From a virus: a DNA stretch of 64,000 bases. Shown in pieces: positions 32,443 to 42,640 of this stretch. Location: IMG/VR virus record IMGVR_UViG_3300043788_000023, positions 64,001 to 128,000 of that record; one strand, written 5' to 3'. Positions within the stretch are counted from its first letter, which is position 1. Each line of letters starts with the position of its first letter. The position numbers and the translations under genes are program-made. The notes under the pieces are model-generated. The model saw only the letters and a list, made by a program, of their open reading frames with translations, was not told the DNA's origin and made no database searches.

Positions 32443-34317
32443 TTACTCAGCGGCGGCCAGCGCAAGACCCTCGTACGAGGACTTCTTGCCCTTGCTCTTT
32501 TCCCTGACCTCAGCGGCAGCAGCTTCGGATTCTTCCTGCTGGTGTTGCTTGCTGAGTGCCTTCGTCGCTTCGTCAAACATGTCCGCTGCACGGAAGATTG
32601 ACTCAACCGCTTCACGCACTGCACGTGTGTCGTTGACCGAGGTCAAGGACTTTGCGTCAAGGTACATCTTCTTCAGGTCGTTGCCGATCTGTTCGGATTC
32701 CTTGACTGCCTTGCCAGTGGTCTTCTCGGCTGCTGTCTTTGACTGCTCGTTCAGCTTGATCGGCTCGGTGGTCTCGTGCTTGGTGATGCCTGTGTTGTCC
32801 TCAAGCATGCTGTGCGCCTCACCGATTTCCGGTGTGCGACCGCCGTCCTCGTCAACTTCCATCGGCTTGTAGCTGGTGTACCAGCCGCCGCCGTAGCCCG
32901 CCGCGATCTTTTCAACCTGCTCAGCGATGATCCTGAGAGCAGATTCCTTCTTGTTGTGGATTGACCAAGCCGTGGCGTATGCCTTGCTCTTGTCGCCGGG
33001 GTATTCCTTCTTCAGCTTGTGCATCAATTCTTCACTGATGCCCGGAGGGGTGACGCCGACCTTCACAGAGGCGGACATCGGAGTCGGAGTCTCGTGCATC
33101 TCGTTCGGAAAGTCCACGGAGCCAGGGACGCCATGCTCTTCCTGTTCCTGCATGCTCGGCTTTCCGCCAGTCGGGCGGACGCCTTCTCCGGTGAGTTTGT
33201 AATCTTGGATGCGATAGTCGTCAGCGGTCTTTTCCTCTTCAAGGGCTGCAACGCTCAAGCCACCGAAACCGATGGTTGCCTTTTCAGGAGTTGCGGGAGC
33301 CTGCTTGGGGGCAGCCGGAGTCGGATTCGCACTCGGACGGGAAGATGACGGGCTGATGCTGGTGCTGGAAGATGAGCTTCCACCGTCATTCACCCTGTGG
33401 TCGCCGAGGTCTGCCTTCTTTTTGGCTGACGCTGCAACTGGACCCGGAACTGGTGCCGCAGCCGGAACCGGGGCGGGAGCCGCTGGGGCTGCACCTTCGG
33501 CTGGCTCTGCTGGAAGAACCGGACGGGACTTCAGGATTTCTGTCAACTGCACAACCGCATCCTGCTTGCCCTTGTTCTGGGCGAAGTCGTCTTCCTTCGG
33601 AAGATCGCCGATGACCTTGATGAGGGTCTCGGTCGGGATGAAGTCAATCGGGTTTGAACCGCCTGCTGCGGGAGCCGGAATTGGTTCTGGTGTGGGTGCT
33701 ACGGGGGCTGCTGCCATTGGTTCCTCGGGGACTGCTTCCTTCTTTTTCTTTGCTACACGGGGGACTTCAAGCTTCTCGGGAGCCTTGGCTTCGCCCTTCT
33801 CATCGCGATCGGTGGAGAATGCTGCGCCACCATCTGCGTTCTTCTTGCTTGCGTGAATCGGTTCGGCGATGGGACGGAGGCTGTTCTTCATGTTGGGGTC
33901 AAACTGGTACTGACCCGATTCTGTTGCTCCGCTCGGGTACTGATCTGCTCCGTGCTGATAAACAGCCGAATCGGGAACGTTGCCGACTCCCGGTTGGCGC
34001 TGCGCTTTGACGATTTTCAGAATCATATCAACCTCGTTTTTGAGCTTCCTTGCTTCCTCCGGCTTCACGGCATCATCCATGTAGTCCGAGATGCTCGACA
34101 CGCCGTCCTGCTTCATCTGCTGTGGATTCGCTTTCAGAATCCGTGACATGTGAGCAACGGCGTTTTCAATCTGTTCAATGCTGGGGTCGTTCGGGTTGGA
34201 CTCCATCAGGGTCTCAACCGCCATGTTGGCCCGGTTGATGGCTTCCTGAACCGTCCTCACGGACACCAACACTGTTGACTTCTTCCTGCGTCCAGCGATG
34301 AACTTAGACTTTGCCAT
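32443..34317 (-). CDS. putative internal head protein/polyprotein (624 aa)
   Basis: Low complexity, many K-x-A sites, shares a 23-aa motif with 485-1447. Confidence 0.6.
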   Translation of the reverse strand: MAKSKFIAGRRKKSTVLVSVRTVQEAINRANMAVETLMESNPNDPSIEQIENAVAHMSRILKANPQQMKQDGVSSISDYMDDAVKPEEARKLKNEVDMILKIVKAQRQPGVGNVPDSAVYQHGADQYPSGATESGQYQFDPNMKNSLRPIAEPIHASKKNADGGAAFSTDRDEKGEAKAPEKLEVPRVAKKKKEAVPEEPMAAAPVAPTPEPIPAPAAGGSNPIDFIPTETLIKVIGDLPKEDDFAQNKGKQDAVVQLTEILKSRPVLPAEPAEGAAPAAPAPVPAAAPVPGPVAASAKKKADLGDHRVNDGGSSSSSTSISPSSSRPSANPTPAAPKQAPATPEKATIGFGGLSVAALEEEKTADDYRIQDYKLTGEGVRPTGGKPSMQEQEEHGVPGSVDFPNEMHETPTPMSASVKVGVTPPGISEELMHKLKKEYPGDKSKAYATAWSIHNKKESALRIIAEQVEKIAAGYGGGWYTSYKPMEVDEDGGRTPEIGEAHSMLEDNTGITKHETTEPIKLNEQSKTAAEKTTGKAVKESEQIGNDLKKMYLDAKSLTSVNDTRAVREAVESIFRAADMFDEATKALSKQHQQEESEAAAAEVREKSKGKKSSYEGLALAAAE

Positions 34318-34326
34318 TCGTCTTCC

Positions 34327-34773
34327 TTAAACCGTGGTGTCAGGAATCACAGGCACAAGCGTGTTGCTACGAAGTTGCATCATCGCCTGTGCAATACGCC
34401 CTGACCCTGCCATCATCATAACGTTCGCCCAAGCCGTTGCCGCTTCACTCGGGTTCGTGGTAATGCAATCAAGCGGTCCCTGAATCGGGGCTGGTTGATT
34501 CGGATTCACAGTGCCCGGCAGCGCTTCCATGAAGCGCACCGTGAAGCTTGACATCTGCGTCGTTACGCCCACCCACTGTTCCGTTAGCGGGAACTGGAAT
34601 GTGAACGATGGATTCTGCGGGTCAGCAAAAGTGCCCGCGATGTTCACAACCGGGTCGCCAAAAGCCGCAATCTTCGCCTTGTCAGACGCGTCTGTGGGAT
34701 CGCCAACGAACAACGCCTGAAGCGTTACGCTAATGACCCCGTTAGCCTGTGCAACCACTGCGTGAATCTTCAT
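34327..34773 (-). CDS. hypothetical virion protein
   Basis: GGAG RBS, follows sheath. Confidence 0.55.
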   Translation of the reverse strand: MKIHAVVAQANGVISVTLQALFVGDPTDASDKAKIAAFGDPVVNIAGTFADPQNPSFTFQFPLTEQWVGVTTQMSSFTVRFMEALPGTVNPNQPAPIQGPLDCITTNPSEAATAWANVMMMAGSGRIAQAMMQLRSNTLVPVIPDTTV

Positions 34774-34791
34774 CCGTTAGCTCCCAAGAGA

Positions 34792-37700
34792 TTACAGGCT
34801 CGTCTGCACCGTGAAGGTCACGCTCAAGTAGAGCAAGCTGAAGATCGGCTTGAACGTTACCGTGACGTCAACCTCGGTCGGGTCGTTCGGGTTCTGCCTG
34901 ACCACGAGGCTCTGATAAGCAGCCACGATCTGCAAGTCAACCAAGTTCTTGAGCAGGCTGTTGCTGACCACCGTGATGTCGGTAACGAGGCTGTCAACCA
35001 GCTTGCGACCGATGAACTGTGCGAGAGTTGAGCGGAACTGCTGTGCGACGTAGTCCGCGATTGTCGTTGATGTCGGTTCGGATACGAGAACGCTTGACGG
35101 ATCGGTCGTCTTGTAGTGACGGATGAGCAGGCTGCCGTTGTTGTTGAGAACGAACGTCAATCCATTCGCTGCGCCCAGGTCCATCGTCGGGTTGTCAAGA
35201 GTGATGAGCAGGCGGCTGAATCCGACCAAGTTCTGGTTGGTCAGCGTGGTTGCCACATCGTTCGCCGGGTTGCAGTTCAAACCTGCCATTGCGGCTCCGA
35301 TGAACGGTCCGTCAACCAAGTACTCAATCGCGACGCCCGTGACTGGGTTCGTGATGAGGATGCCCGCCGCAACGTTGCCCATTGCGATCATGCGCTGGCT
35401 GAGCAGGCTGCTTGCGTTTGCGTTTGCCTGTGCCGGAGAAGTGAACTGGCTGTAGCCGACGAAGCCGATTGCCTCACCCTTGTAGCGTGCGGTCGCCTGC
35501 GTTGTAAGCTGGCGGCTGAGCGCTTGGTGAACTGTCGGGTCGTTGCTCAGTGGAGCCACGACGTCAGCCTTGCGGTTCAAGCCCGGAAGGTTGGATGTCA
35601 ATTGCTGAAGTGCCGCGATGTAGTCGCTGGCGGCAGCCACGTTCGTGCCGGGCTGTACCGGGACTTGGATCGCACCGAAAGTCTGCACACCGTTCAGCGC
35701 CATCAACTGGATACCCAGCGAGAGGCGGTTGATCGTGGACGGCTGACCGTAGTTTGCGTAAGCGTCCGAGGGGCGTGTGTAGAGCTTCAGGGCGTAGTCC
35801 GAAGCAACCTTGTTCGTCGTGAAGGTCACGAAGTAGAAGGTGCCGATTGCCGGGCCATCACCGCTGCCACGGAAGGTGCTCACGATGACCGTGTCGCCTG
35901 TCGTGGAGTTGAAGTTGCTGACGACTTCCATGTTCAAGCCAGCGATCGCGATTGCGTTGTTGCTGTATGCCGGAGCGATGCCCGGAGTACCGCAGTTGCG
36001 GGTTGCTGCGCTTGCGCCGGAGGCGTCCTTCTTCACAACGTATTGAAGCGTGTCGCCCGGAGCGTATTCGTAGGCTGCCGGGATGGACGTGATGCCGTAT
36101 GCTACGTGGTCGTCCGTGCGGACGATGGTCACACGGAAGCCAGTCTTGGCGTCAATGTAGGTCTGGTTGAGGTAGCCGATGCCAGCAGAACCCGCTGCGC
36201 CTGCGGTTGAAGACACCGTGTAGCTGTGGGTCACGGGGGCGAAAGTGCCGTCCGTGCCGCCAGTCAGGTTCGTTGCCGCGGTCGTGCTTGCGTTGCCAGT
36301 CAGCGTGCCGGAGCCGACCAAGAGAATCTGTCCACCGCTTGCCGTTTCGGCAGAGGGGAAGTTCGCAATGATCTGGTTCAGCGTCAGAGGCGTGCCAGCG
36401 TAGTTTGAGTAGATCGTGACGAGGTCGCCGGACACAACCACCGGGATCGGGTTGATCGTGACGTTGTCAATTGCGATCTGGACGTTGTTGCCGCTCGTGC
36501 CGGGGATCGTAGCCGTGAAGTGCAGCGTGCCTGCGCCCTGAACCAGCGCGAGGGTTGCTTGCACCGCAGGGATGACGACTGCGTTGCCGTCGTTACGGAA
36601 GGTCAGGGTGACTGTTTCGTCAACCGCTGCGCCAGCCGCCGCTTGTGCGTCGCCAGTCTGGTACGGGCTGTCAAAGCTCACTGTGTTCGGGTAGAGGACG
36701 CCAGTCGTTGCAAAGCCGCCAGCCGCCACCGTGTTGGTGCCGCCCTGTACGAGCGGAGCGATGCGACCGAGTTCGTCCTTGATCTGGTAGGTGCCGAGAC
36801 CGACGAAGCCAGAGTTGATGACCGTGACCGTGTACTGGTGCGAGGTGATCGTGTTGCGGTAGTACGATGCCCACACGCCTACTGGTTCGCCGGGCTGGCT
36901 GCTGCCGCTGTTAGACGGCTGCGGTGCGTTGAACAGGGTAACCTGCTGCGCCGAACCGTTGAGCGATGCGACTGCCACTGCGCCAGCTTCAAAAGCTGCC
37001 AGAGGGTCGGAACCGACGTAGACCTGAATGAGTGCCGGGTTGTCCGTGGTCTTACCGGAACCGCTGCCATCAGTCGGTGTGTCCAGCAAGGTGAAGACCG
37101 AGTTGCGGCCATTCACTGCACCCGCTGCCGGACGGAGGTAAACTTTCTCGTCCACGAGGGATGTGAGAATTTCTGACGGGGTGAAGTTCGCAAGCTCGCC
37201 AGCGGAAGAAGCTCCGATTGCTTCGCTTACGTTGTTGCCCCAGTTGACCGTGTTCGCCACGATGTTGCCGTGGGAATCAACGGCGGTGCCGAGGACGTAG
37301 TCAACGCCTTGGCGGAAGTCGCTGCGGTTCGGTCCGAGACCGACTTGAATGATCGAGGCGACGTTAGAGCTTGGGAGCAGGTCAAACGTGTTCTGCCACG
37401 TGTTGTAGTAATAGGTGAACGTCAGGGTTGCGCCAAACGGAACCGGGTTCGCCAGAGTGATCTGACCGAGAGCGCCGTTGACTGCTGAGACCGTTGCCAC
37501 AACGCCGTTGACCTGTGCGGTCACGAGCGCCGGGTTGGTTGTGGTCACGCCGCCGTTGGTACCGTCCACGATTGGGAAGTTGTTCACGACGAACAGGGTG
37601 TTGCTGCCCGGACCAGAGCCGCCAGCAAAAGGAACTGCTGCGCCTGCGGCGATCACTGTGGTCTGAACGCCTGCCAAAGCCTTCACTGTGAGGTAGCCGC

Positions 37701-38433
37701 CGTCAAGCGTCGGGATGCCTGCGGAAACAAGGCTCACGAGATTGGCGAGGGTGCGAACCGGGGTGGAGATGGAATTTGAATTGATGTTGATCGTGATTGC
37801 GTCGGTGCCTGCACCGCTTACAGCCTGTGAGTCCGGCACGTTCGCGCCAGCGATGAACTGGAGTGTTACGAGGTTTCCGGTTGAACCGGGGTTGCTGAGG
37901 CTCAGCGTGACAGTGTTGCCACCGCTGCCCACAACCAGTGTTGCGTACTGCGGAACGTCTGCGGTGTGATCTTCGTTCGTGACGAGAGTGTCGCCGCGCT
38001 TGAAGAAATAGTCAATCGTGAGATCAGTTCCGACCGGGATGATGTCTTGAGTAGTGAATGCGCCAGTTGCGCCGTTGAGGCTGATGACAGTGACAGGGAC
38101 GATGTTCCCGTTGGAGTATACTGCCTGAACCTGAATCTTGCTTGGGTCGTTCGTCGTGACGCCCTTGCCGGAGCCGTCAGTGACGGGGGCGTAGGTCGTG
38201 ACGAAGCTTTGCGTTAGTCCTGTGACTTGGTCGGAGATGTTCTCGTTGACCGACTGGTCGTCCTGCACCGGAGAGGAGCCACGGAACAGTTCGAAGTTGC
38301 TGGTCGTGAAGAATTGGACGCCTTCTCCGATGATGACCGGGATGCGGGCAGTGCCCGTCGCAGTCGCCGTGTTGGAGACGAAAATCTCGGTCGTGTAAAC
38401 GCCCGGAGGTGCATAGCTAGTGAAAAGTGCCAT
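34792..38433 (-). CDS. contractile tail sheath protein (1213 aa, with large insertions)
   Basis: N-terminal YAPPGVYT...IPVIIG; C-terminal DPTEVDVTVTFKPIFSLLYLSVTF. Confidence 0.9.
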   Translation of the reverse strand: MALFTSYAPPGVYTTEIFVSNTATATGTARIPVIIGEGVQFFTTSNFELFRGSSPVQDDQSVNENISDQVTGLTQSFVTTYAPVTDGSGKGVTTNDPSKIQVQAVYSNGNIVPVTVISLNGATGAFTTQDIIPVGTDLTIDYFFKRGDTLVTNEDHTADVPQYATLVVGSGGNTVTLSLSNPGSTGNLVTLQFIAGANVPDSQAVSGAGTDAITININSNSISTPVRTLANLVSLVSAGIPTLDGGYLTVKALAGVQTTVIAAGAAVPFAGGSGPGSNTLFVVNNFPIVDGTNGGVTTTNPALVTAQVNGVVATVSAVNGALGQITLANPVPFGATLTFTYYYNTWQNTFDLLPSSNVASIIQVGLGPNRSDFRQGVDYVLGTAVDSHGNIVANTVNWGNNVSEAIGASSAGELANFTPSEILTSLVDEKVYLRPAAGAVNGRNSVFTLLDTPTDGSGSGKTTDNPALIQVYVGSDPLAAFEAGAVAVASLNGSAQQVTLFNAPQPSNSGSSQPGEPVGVWASYYRNTITSHQYTVTVINSGFVGLGTYQIKDELGRIAPLVQGGTNTVAAGGFATTGVLYPNTVSFDSPYQTGDAQAAAGAAVDETVTLTFRNDGNAVVIPAVQATLALVQGAGTLHFTATIPGTSGNNVQIAIDNVTINPIPVVVSGDLVTIYSNYAGTPLTLNQIIANFPSAETASGGQILLVGSGTLTGNASTTAATNLTGGTDGTFAPVTHSYTVSSTAGAAGSAGIGYLNQTYIDAKTGFRVTIVRTDDHVAYGITSIPAAYEYAPGDTLQYVVKKDASGASAATRNCGTPGIAPAYSNNAIAIAGLNMEVVSNFNSTTGDTVIVSTFRGSGDGPAIGTFYFVTFTTNKVASDYALKLYTRPSDAYANYGQPSTINRLSLGIQLMALNGVQTFGAIQVPVQPGTNVAAASDYIAALQQLTSNLPGLNRKADVVAPLSNDPTVHQALSRQLTTQATARYKGEAIGFVGYSQFTSPAQANANASSLLSQRMIAMGNVAAGILITNPVTGVAIEYLVDGPFIGAAMAGLNCNPANDVATTLTNQNLVGFSRLLITLDNPTMDLGAANGLTFVLNNNGSLLIRHYKTTDPSSVLVSEPTSTTIADYVAQQFRSTLAQFIGRKLVDSLVTDITVVSNSLLKNLVDLQIVAAYQSLVVRQNPNDPTEVDVTVTFKPIFSLLYLSVTFTVQTSL

Positions 38434-38498
38434 AGTTTCCTCGTCAAAAGGACTTCATCCAAGGAGACGAAAGTCCAAAAATGTAGTCGTTCCCGTGC

Positions 38499-38852
38499 TT
38501 ACCGCTCTGTCGGCTCGGGGGTTTTCACGAAGTCGAGTTTCCGGTCGTGAGCCTTGAAACCCTCGGTCGTCCATTCCAACCCCTTCTTGCCGCTCTTCTC
38601 ACGAATCTTGTCCCGCTCGGCTTTCTTGTCGTGTATCCGTTGCCAGCGCTGATTCGCGTCCTTGCCTATCGCTACGTCCTGCGTCATGTTTTGCATGCCG
38701 CTGGTCGCAATGCCGGGAGCCACAAGGATCACGTGTTCCGAGTCTTTTCCGCACCGAGGACATGAAAGCGTATCAGGCAAGCGTTTGTGGATTGACTGAA
38801 TGTGCTCCTGAACCACGCCGCAAGACTGACACTGATAGTCGTAAGTAGGCAC
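38499..38852 (-). CDS. FmdB-family zinc ribbon protein
   Basis: MPTYDYQCQSCG...CPRCG. Confidence 0.85.
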   Translation of the reverse strand: MPTYDYQCQSCGVVQEHIQSIHKRLPDTLSCPRCGKDSEHVILVAPGIATSGMQNMTQDVAIGKDANQRWQRIHDKKAERDKIREKSGKKGLEWTTEGFKAHDRKLDFVKTPEPTER

Positions 38853-38858
38853 GTTTCC

Positions 38859-40751
38859 TTACCTGTAGGACGGGATGAAAATCTCGGAACCGAAAGCCTT
38901 CATCCTCGGAGCCATCTGTAATTTACCCAGAAAGTCGGTTTCCACTAGCGTTTCCGCGATCTCAAAATGAGTCAGGCGCGTCACGAGGGGAATATAGACC
39001 TTCCAGTCGGCTGCCGCCGAGACGGTGACGGTGTTGACGTACGTTGGCGCGGTGGCGCTGGTGTCACGGGCTTGCCCCGTGAAGCTGCGGTTGGTCTCAA
39101 AGATCGTGAGTCCATCCGCCTCAGTATCAATACGGCGCATGATGAGAAGCTCACGTTTGATCATTTCTGCGAGGTCGGATGACGTTTGCAGGTCGTTCGC
39201 CTTGACTTCCAGCGTGAACGACAGGTTCTCCTTGGAACCGAATACCTCGTATGTCTCGCAAAGTCCGGGGCTTACGATGATGGCGCACTGATCGCCCACC
39301 ACCACGTTGTCGCCAATGGCGAGGCGCAAGCCCGGCAAGATGGGCTGCTGCTGCCCATTGATAAGGAGCGGCTGCCCGGCGCTGGTCTGCACGACGTTCG
39401 TAAGCTCGGACGGGTCGGCGTTCTGCACGAAGCTCGCCGAGATCGGCTGAGCGAGTACGTTGCCCTGCTCGTCCACACGGGCGTAGGTGATCGTGTTCGG
39501 GTCTACCTGCGAGAGGTTGTTGATCTCCCACTTCTTAGCCGATGCTTTGACCTCCCCGGAGTCAATACGCACCTCCCAGCGGAGGAAGTCGCCCGGCTGG
39601 AGGAGTTGGGGGATGAGCAAGGAACCGTTCGCCTGCGGGATCGGGTTCGTGAAGCTGCCAGCCGGGGTGTTGATGAACACCTGGCCTGGCGCGAGGGTCT
39701 CGTTCGGGCCGAGGTTGACCTGAAGGTAGTTCTCGGGCATGATCCCTACTGCGTTGACAGGATTGACTTTAACCACCATGTTCGCTGTGATCGTGGAGCC
39801 TGCCGGGGTGTATTGGGACAAATTTACCCATTGAGGCCCCTGAAAAACGTAGTCAATGCCGGGACGCAGGTCGTAGCCGTCTTGGTCGGTCAAAGCCACT
39901 GAAATATAAGGACTTGGGATGTTGGCAAGCTGGCTGCCGGACACCGTCTTCTGGACGATGACGGCGCTCTCCGTGCGCTGGTACCAGAAATCCGTCAAGG
40001 GCGTCAGGGATTGCCCTGCAAGGGGCACAGCGGCGCTGTAGGGCGACCATGCGGCGGGATTGGTGCTAGGAGTCACTCCGGTGCTCTGTGCGGCTGCCAA
40101 GTAGGCTGCCCCGAGGTAGGTGACCGCCGTGCCGGGCGCATAGGTGAGCGTGGCGTTCCAAGCTGGGGAGTTTAGCCCGCTGTTGTACGTGCAGGCAAGC
40201 TGCTGGGTCGGCGTCACGAGGTATGCGAAGCCGCCCGAGGTCTGGTTGAACGTCTTCGCCACGACCGGAGTGCTGGTCGCGGAGTCCGAGAAGCTAACGG
40301 TGTTGAGGTCAATGCCGGGACGGAAGTTCACCACCGTGCCGGACGCCTGCGCCAGTTTGTCTTCAACCCAGCGGTACTTGTGGACGGTCAGTCCGAGGTC
40401 ACGTGTCTTGTCGTCAAAGAAATCTACGTTGAGGTAGTAAACGCCAGCCGGAGGATTCTGGTTCGTGGGATCAACCTCACGAGTCCATTCAATGAACTGC
40501 CCGTCCTTGTCGCCGACCTTCGCAAGGATGGCACGACCGATCTGCGTACACATGAAATAAGCTGGAGAGAGGCGGTTACCGGAGGTCGTGACGCTGGTGA
40601 TTGAAACCCACACATCGCCCCAACGCATGATGGTGTTGGCGGGAAACGTAACTTTGCCGAGGGTGTTCTTCCAACGTGGGTTGCGATCCACGATGTCGCG
40701 GATCACACGCATGAGATAATTGATTAGATTTGCGCCAGTAAGGTCAATCAT
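38859..40751 (-). CDS. neck/tail-completion-type structural protein with inserted CBM5/12-like module
   Basis: Between neck genes and sheath; PAWNATLTY..G.AVTY.G..Y.A...TG..P....W insert. Confidence 0.55.
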   Translation of the reverse strand: MIDLTGANLINYLMRVIRDIVDRNPRWKNTLGKVTFPANTIMRWGDVWVSITSVTTSGNRLSPAYFMCTQIGRAILAKVGDKDGQFIEWTREVDPTNQNPPAGVYYLNVDFFDDKTRDLGLTVHKYRWVEDKLAQASGTVVNFRPGIDLNTVSFSDSATSTPVVAKTFNQTSGGFAYLVTPTQQLACTYNSGLNSPAWNATLTYAPGTAVTYLGAAYLAAAQSTGVTPSTNPAAWSPYSAAVPLAGQSLTPLTDFWYQRTESAVIVQKTVSGSQLANIPSPYISVALTDQDGYDLRPGIDYVFQGPQWVNLSQYTPAGSTITANMVVKVNPVNAVGIMPENYLQVNLGPNETLAPGQVFINTPAGSFTNPIPQANGSLLIPQLLQPGDFLRWEVRIDSGEVKASAKKWEINNLSQVDPNTITYARVDEQGNVLAQPISASFVQNADPSELTNVVQTSAGQPLLINGQQQPILPGLRLAIGDNVVVGDQCAIIVSPGLCETYEVFGSKENLSFTLEVKANDLQTSSDLAEMIKRELLIMRRIDTEADGLTIFETNRSFTGQARDTSATAPTYVNTVTVSAAADWKVYIPLVTRLTHFEIAETLVETDFLGKLQMAPRMKAFGSEIFIPSYR

Positions 40752-40784
40752 CAGATTCCCCTACAAAGGCGTGAGAAAGGTGGA

Positions 40785-41306
40785 TTACCAACCGCCAGAG
40801 ACGCCGCTGCCGCCAGTGCTGTAGCCGCCCTTGCCTTCTTCGTGATTGTAGCTCTCCGGGTTGTCCACGATCTTGACGGGCGTGGAGCCGTAGTCAACGC
40901 CGGGTGCGGGAGCCGGGATGAAGACCTGCACAGGCTCGACCCACTGTTCGATTGAACGACGGACGTCGTTGATGCTGACCTGTGCGTTGATACGGGGATA
41001 CCAGCGGTTCTCAATGTGGACGATGCCCTGCCACGGATAGTCAAGGATGTTCCACTGGCTGCCGTCCTTGGCTTGGAACGTAGCGCCGGGGATCATGTAA
41101 GCGAAGAACATCTCGTCGCCTTCAATGGGCGAGAGAGGATTTGCAAGCTGCGTGTTGCCGGGGTTCGGCTTGAACTGTGCGAACGGGCTGGAGCGATAGT
41201 CATCCGGGTCGCCCACCATGGACTGAAGTTCCGGGTTCCCGTTGGGAATATCGGATTCGTCCAGTACGCGTGCCACTTTTGCGAGTTCGTTTGCGTCAAA
41301 AGCCAT
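40785..41306 (-). CDS. hypothetical virion-region protein (MAFDANELAKVA...)
   Basis: Corrected start with GAGAGG RBS. Confidence 0.55.
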   Translation of the reverse strand: MAFDANELAKVARVLDESDIPNGNPELQSMVGDPDDYRSSPFAQFKPNPGNTQLANPLSPIEGDEMFFAYMIPGATFQAKDGSQWNILDYPWQGIVHIENRWYPRINAQVSINDVRRSIEQWVEPVQVFIPAPAPGVDYGSTPVKIVDNPESYNHEEGKGGYSTGGSGVSGGW

Positions 41307-41343
41307 AGAGGTGCCTCTCTTTAATGCAGGCGGTAGTTCCGAT

Positions 41344-42636
41344 TTACGTCTGAATCTTGCCAAACTCCACCGTCTTACCAATCGGGATGTTCGGGTTCTC
41401 CCAGTCCTTGCCCCCCGGAACAGCCGGGACGGTGCGTGGGTCAAACACGGGCTGTCCTGTGCCAGTGCCATTCTTCGGGTCAGGACGCACAATCGGGTTG
41501 TACAGGGTCGGCAGGCTGTTGTAGTTCCTGCGGATCATAGCCGAGGCAGCCAAGTATCGGGTGTCGCCGGGCGAGAGAAGCTCAACGACGAAGTCCTGCT
41601 GCAAGATGATACCCCGAGGCATCTTGTACACCACGTCGCTGACGACCATGATGTCGCCGTTGGCACGGAGGATCAGGTCGCCATTCTGGATGATCGGCGT
41701 GCGTGTCATGTAGCTGCGTGAGGTGCGTGTCGTCTTGATGCCGCCCTCGTCAAGGATGCGATTGAGAGCGGAGTCGGGCGGGACGAACAGAAAATCGTAC
41801 GGTCCATGATAGCCCCCGACGAACCCTGTTTCAAAGCACACGGGGCACCCAGTCTTGGGTTGCTCGCTGCCGAAGATGCAGCCGCAATGCTCTCCACGCC
41901 ACATGCGGAAGAAGCATAGTGCTGGCTCCCCAGTCGTCTCAAACAGATATTGGTTGCGGCGCACCATCTCTTCAAATTCCCAACTGATGTTGTCCACTTC
42001 CTGCGTGTTCTTGACGACGGTGCCAGGTGCGCCAGGTGGGTGAAGCTCGCCACGGTCGCCCACGGGCACGACGGTGTAGTAAGTGCGGTTGATGGCTGTG
42101 TAGATGTCAACGAAGTTCGTGAGCTTATTGAAGATCGCCTGCCAAGTCTTCACGCCGTTGTAATCCGTCACGTTGACGTTCCCGGTGTTCGCCTGCGCGG
42201 TGTCGGACACGGCTCCGCCCGGCTTCAGCGTGTTGTCAATCAGCATCGTCACCGTACGGTCAAAACTGTTCACGGATGTCGGTCGGCGAGTCACGCCATC
42301 GGTGATGATCATCACATCGTCCGGGCTGTTGGTCGCAGTGACACGCCCCGACTTCACGGTCGTGTACGGCGTTTCGGGCAGGCGGATAACCCATTGCCCG
42401 ATCTCGCCCTTCTCAATGAAGTCAGACGGCTGCACATCGTACGTCACCTGCGTCAGCACAGTCATGTCACGGTAGAAATGCCCAGTGTGCGGAGCCTGAT
42501 TCAGCTTGACCCAGTTGGACGGATGATCGTAAGCACGGTAGATGTTGTAGCCCTTGGTTGAATCATGGCTATCCGCCCACCACAAATCGTGCGAGCCGAC
42601 GAGACCGGAATCAATGAGTAGAAGGTTTGTGACCAA
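41344..42636 (-). CDS. putative head-tail connector/neck protein with Zn finger
   Basis: GE...CGC...CPVCFETGFVGGY motif; synteny. Confidence 0.6.
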   Translation of the reverse strand: MVTNLLLIDSGLVGSHDLWWADSHDSTKGYNIYRAYDHPSNWVKLNQAPHTGHFYRDMTVLTQVTYDVQPSDFIEKGEIGQWVIRLPETPYTTVKSGRVTATNSPDDVMIITDGVTRRPTSVNSFDRTVTMLIDNTLKPGGAVSDTAQANTGNVNVTDYNGVKTWQAIFNKLTNFVDIYTAINRTYYTVVPVGDRGELHPPGAPGTVVKNTQEVDNISWEFEEMVRRNQYLFETTGEPALCFFRMWRGEHCGCIFGSEQPKTGCPVCFETGFVGGYHGPYDFLFVPPDSALNRILDEGGIKTTRTSRSYMTRTPIIQNGDLILRANGDIMVVSDVVYKMPRGIILQQDFVVELLSPGDTRYLAASAMIRRNYNSLPTLYNPIVRPDPKNGTGTGQPVFDPRTVPAVPGGKDWENPNIPIGKTVEFGKIQT

Positions 42637-42640
42637 AGCT

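Noticed and set aside
35116-36210. Long plus-strand ORFs (also 4359-5387, 19910-20932, 45209-46150, 54023-54928)
   Set aside because: Antisense shadows of well-supported minus-strand genes, expected at high GC; no motifs recognised
31252-38433. Tailocin/eCIS/T6SS interpretation of sheath and tube
   Set aside because: Capsid, protease and neck genes are present in the same module
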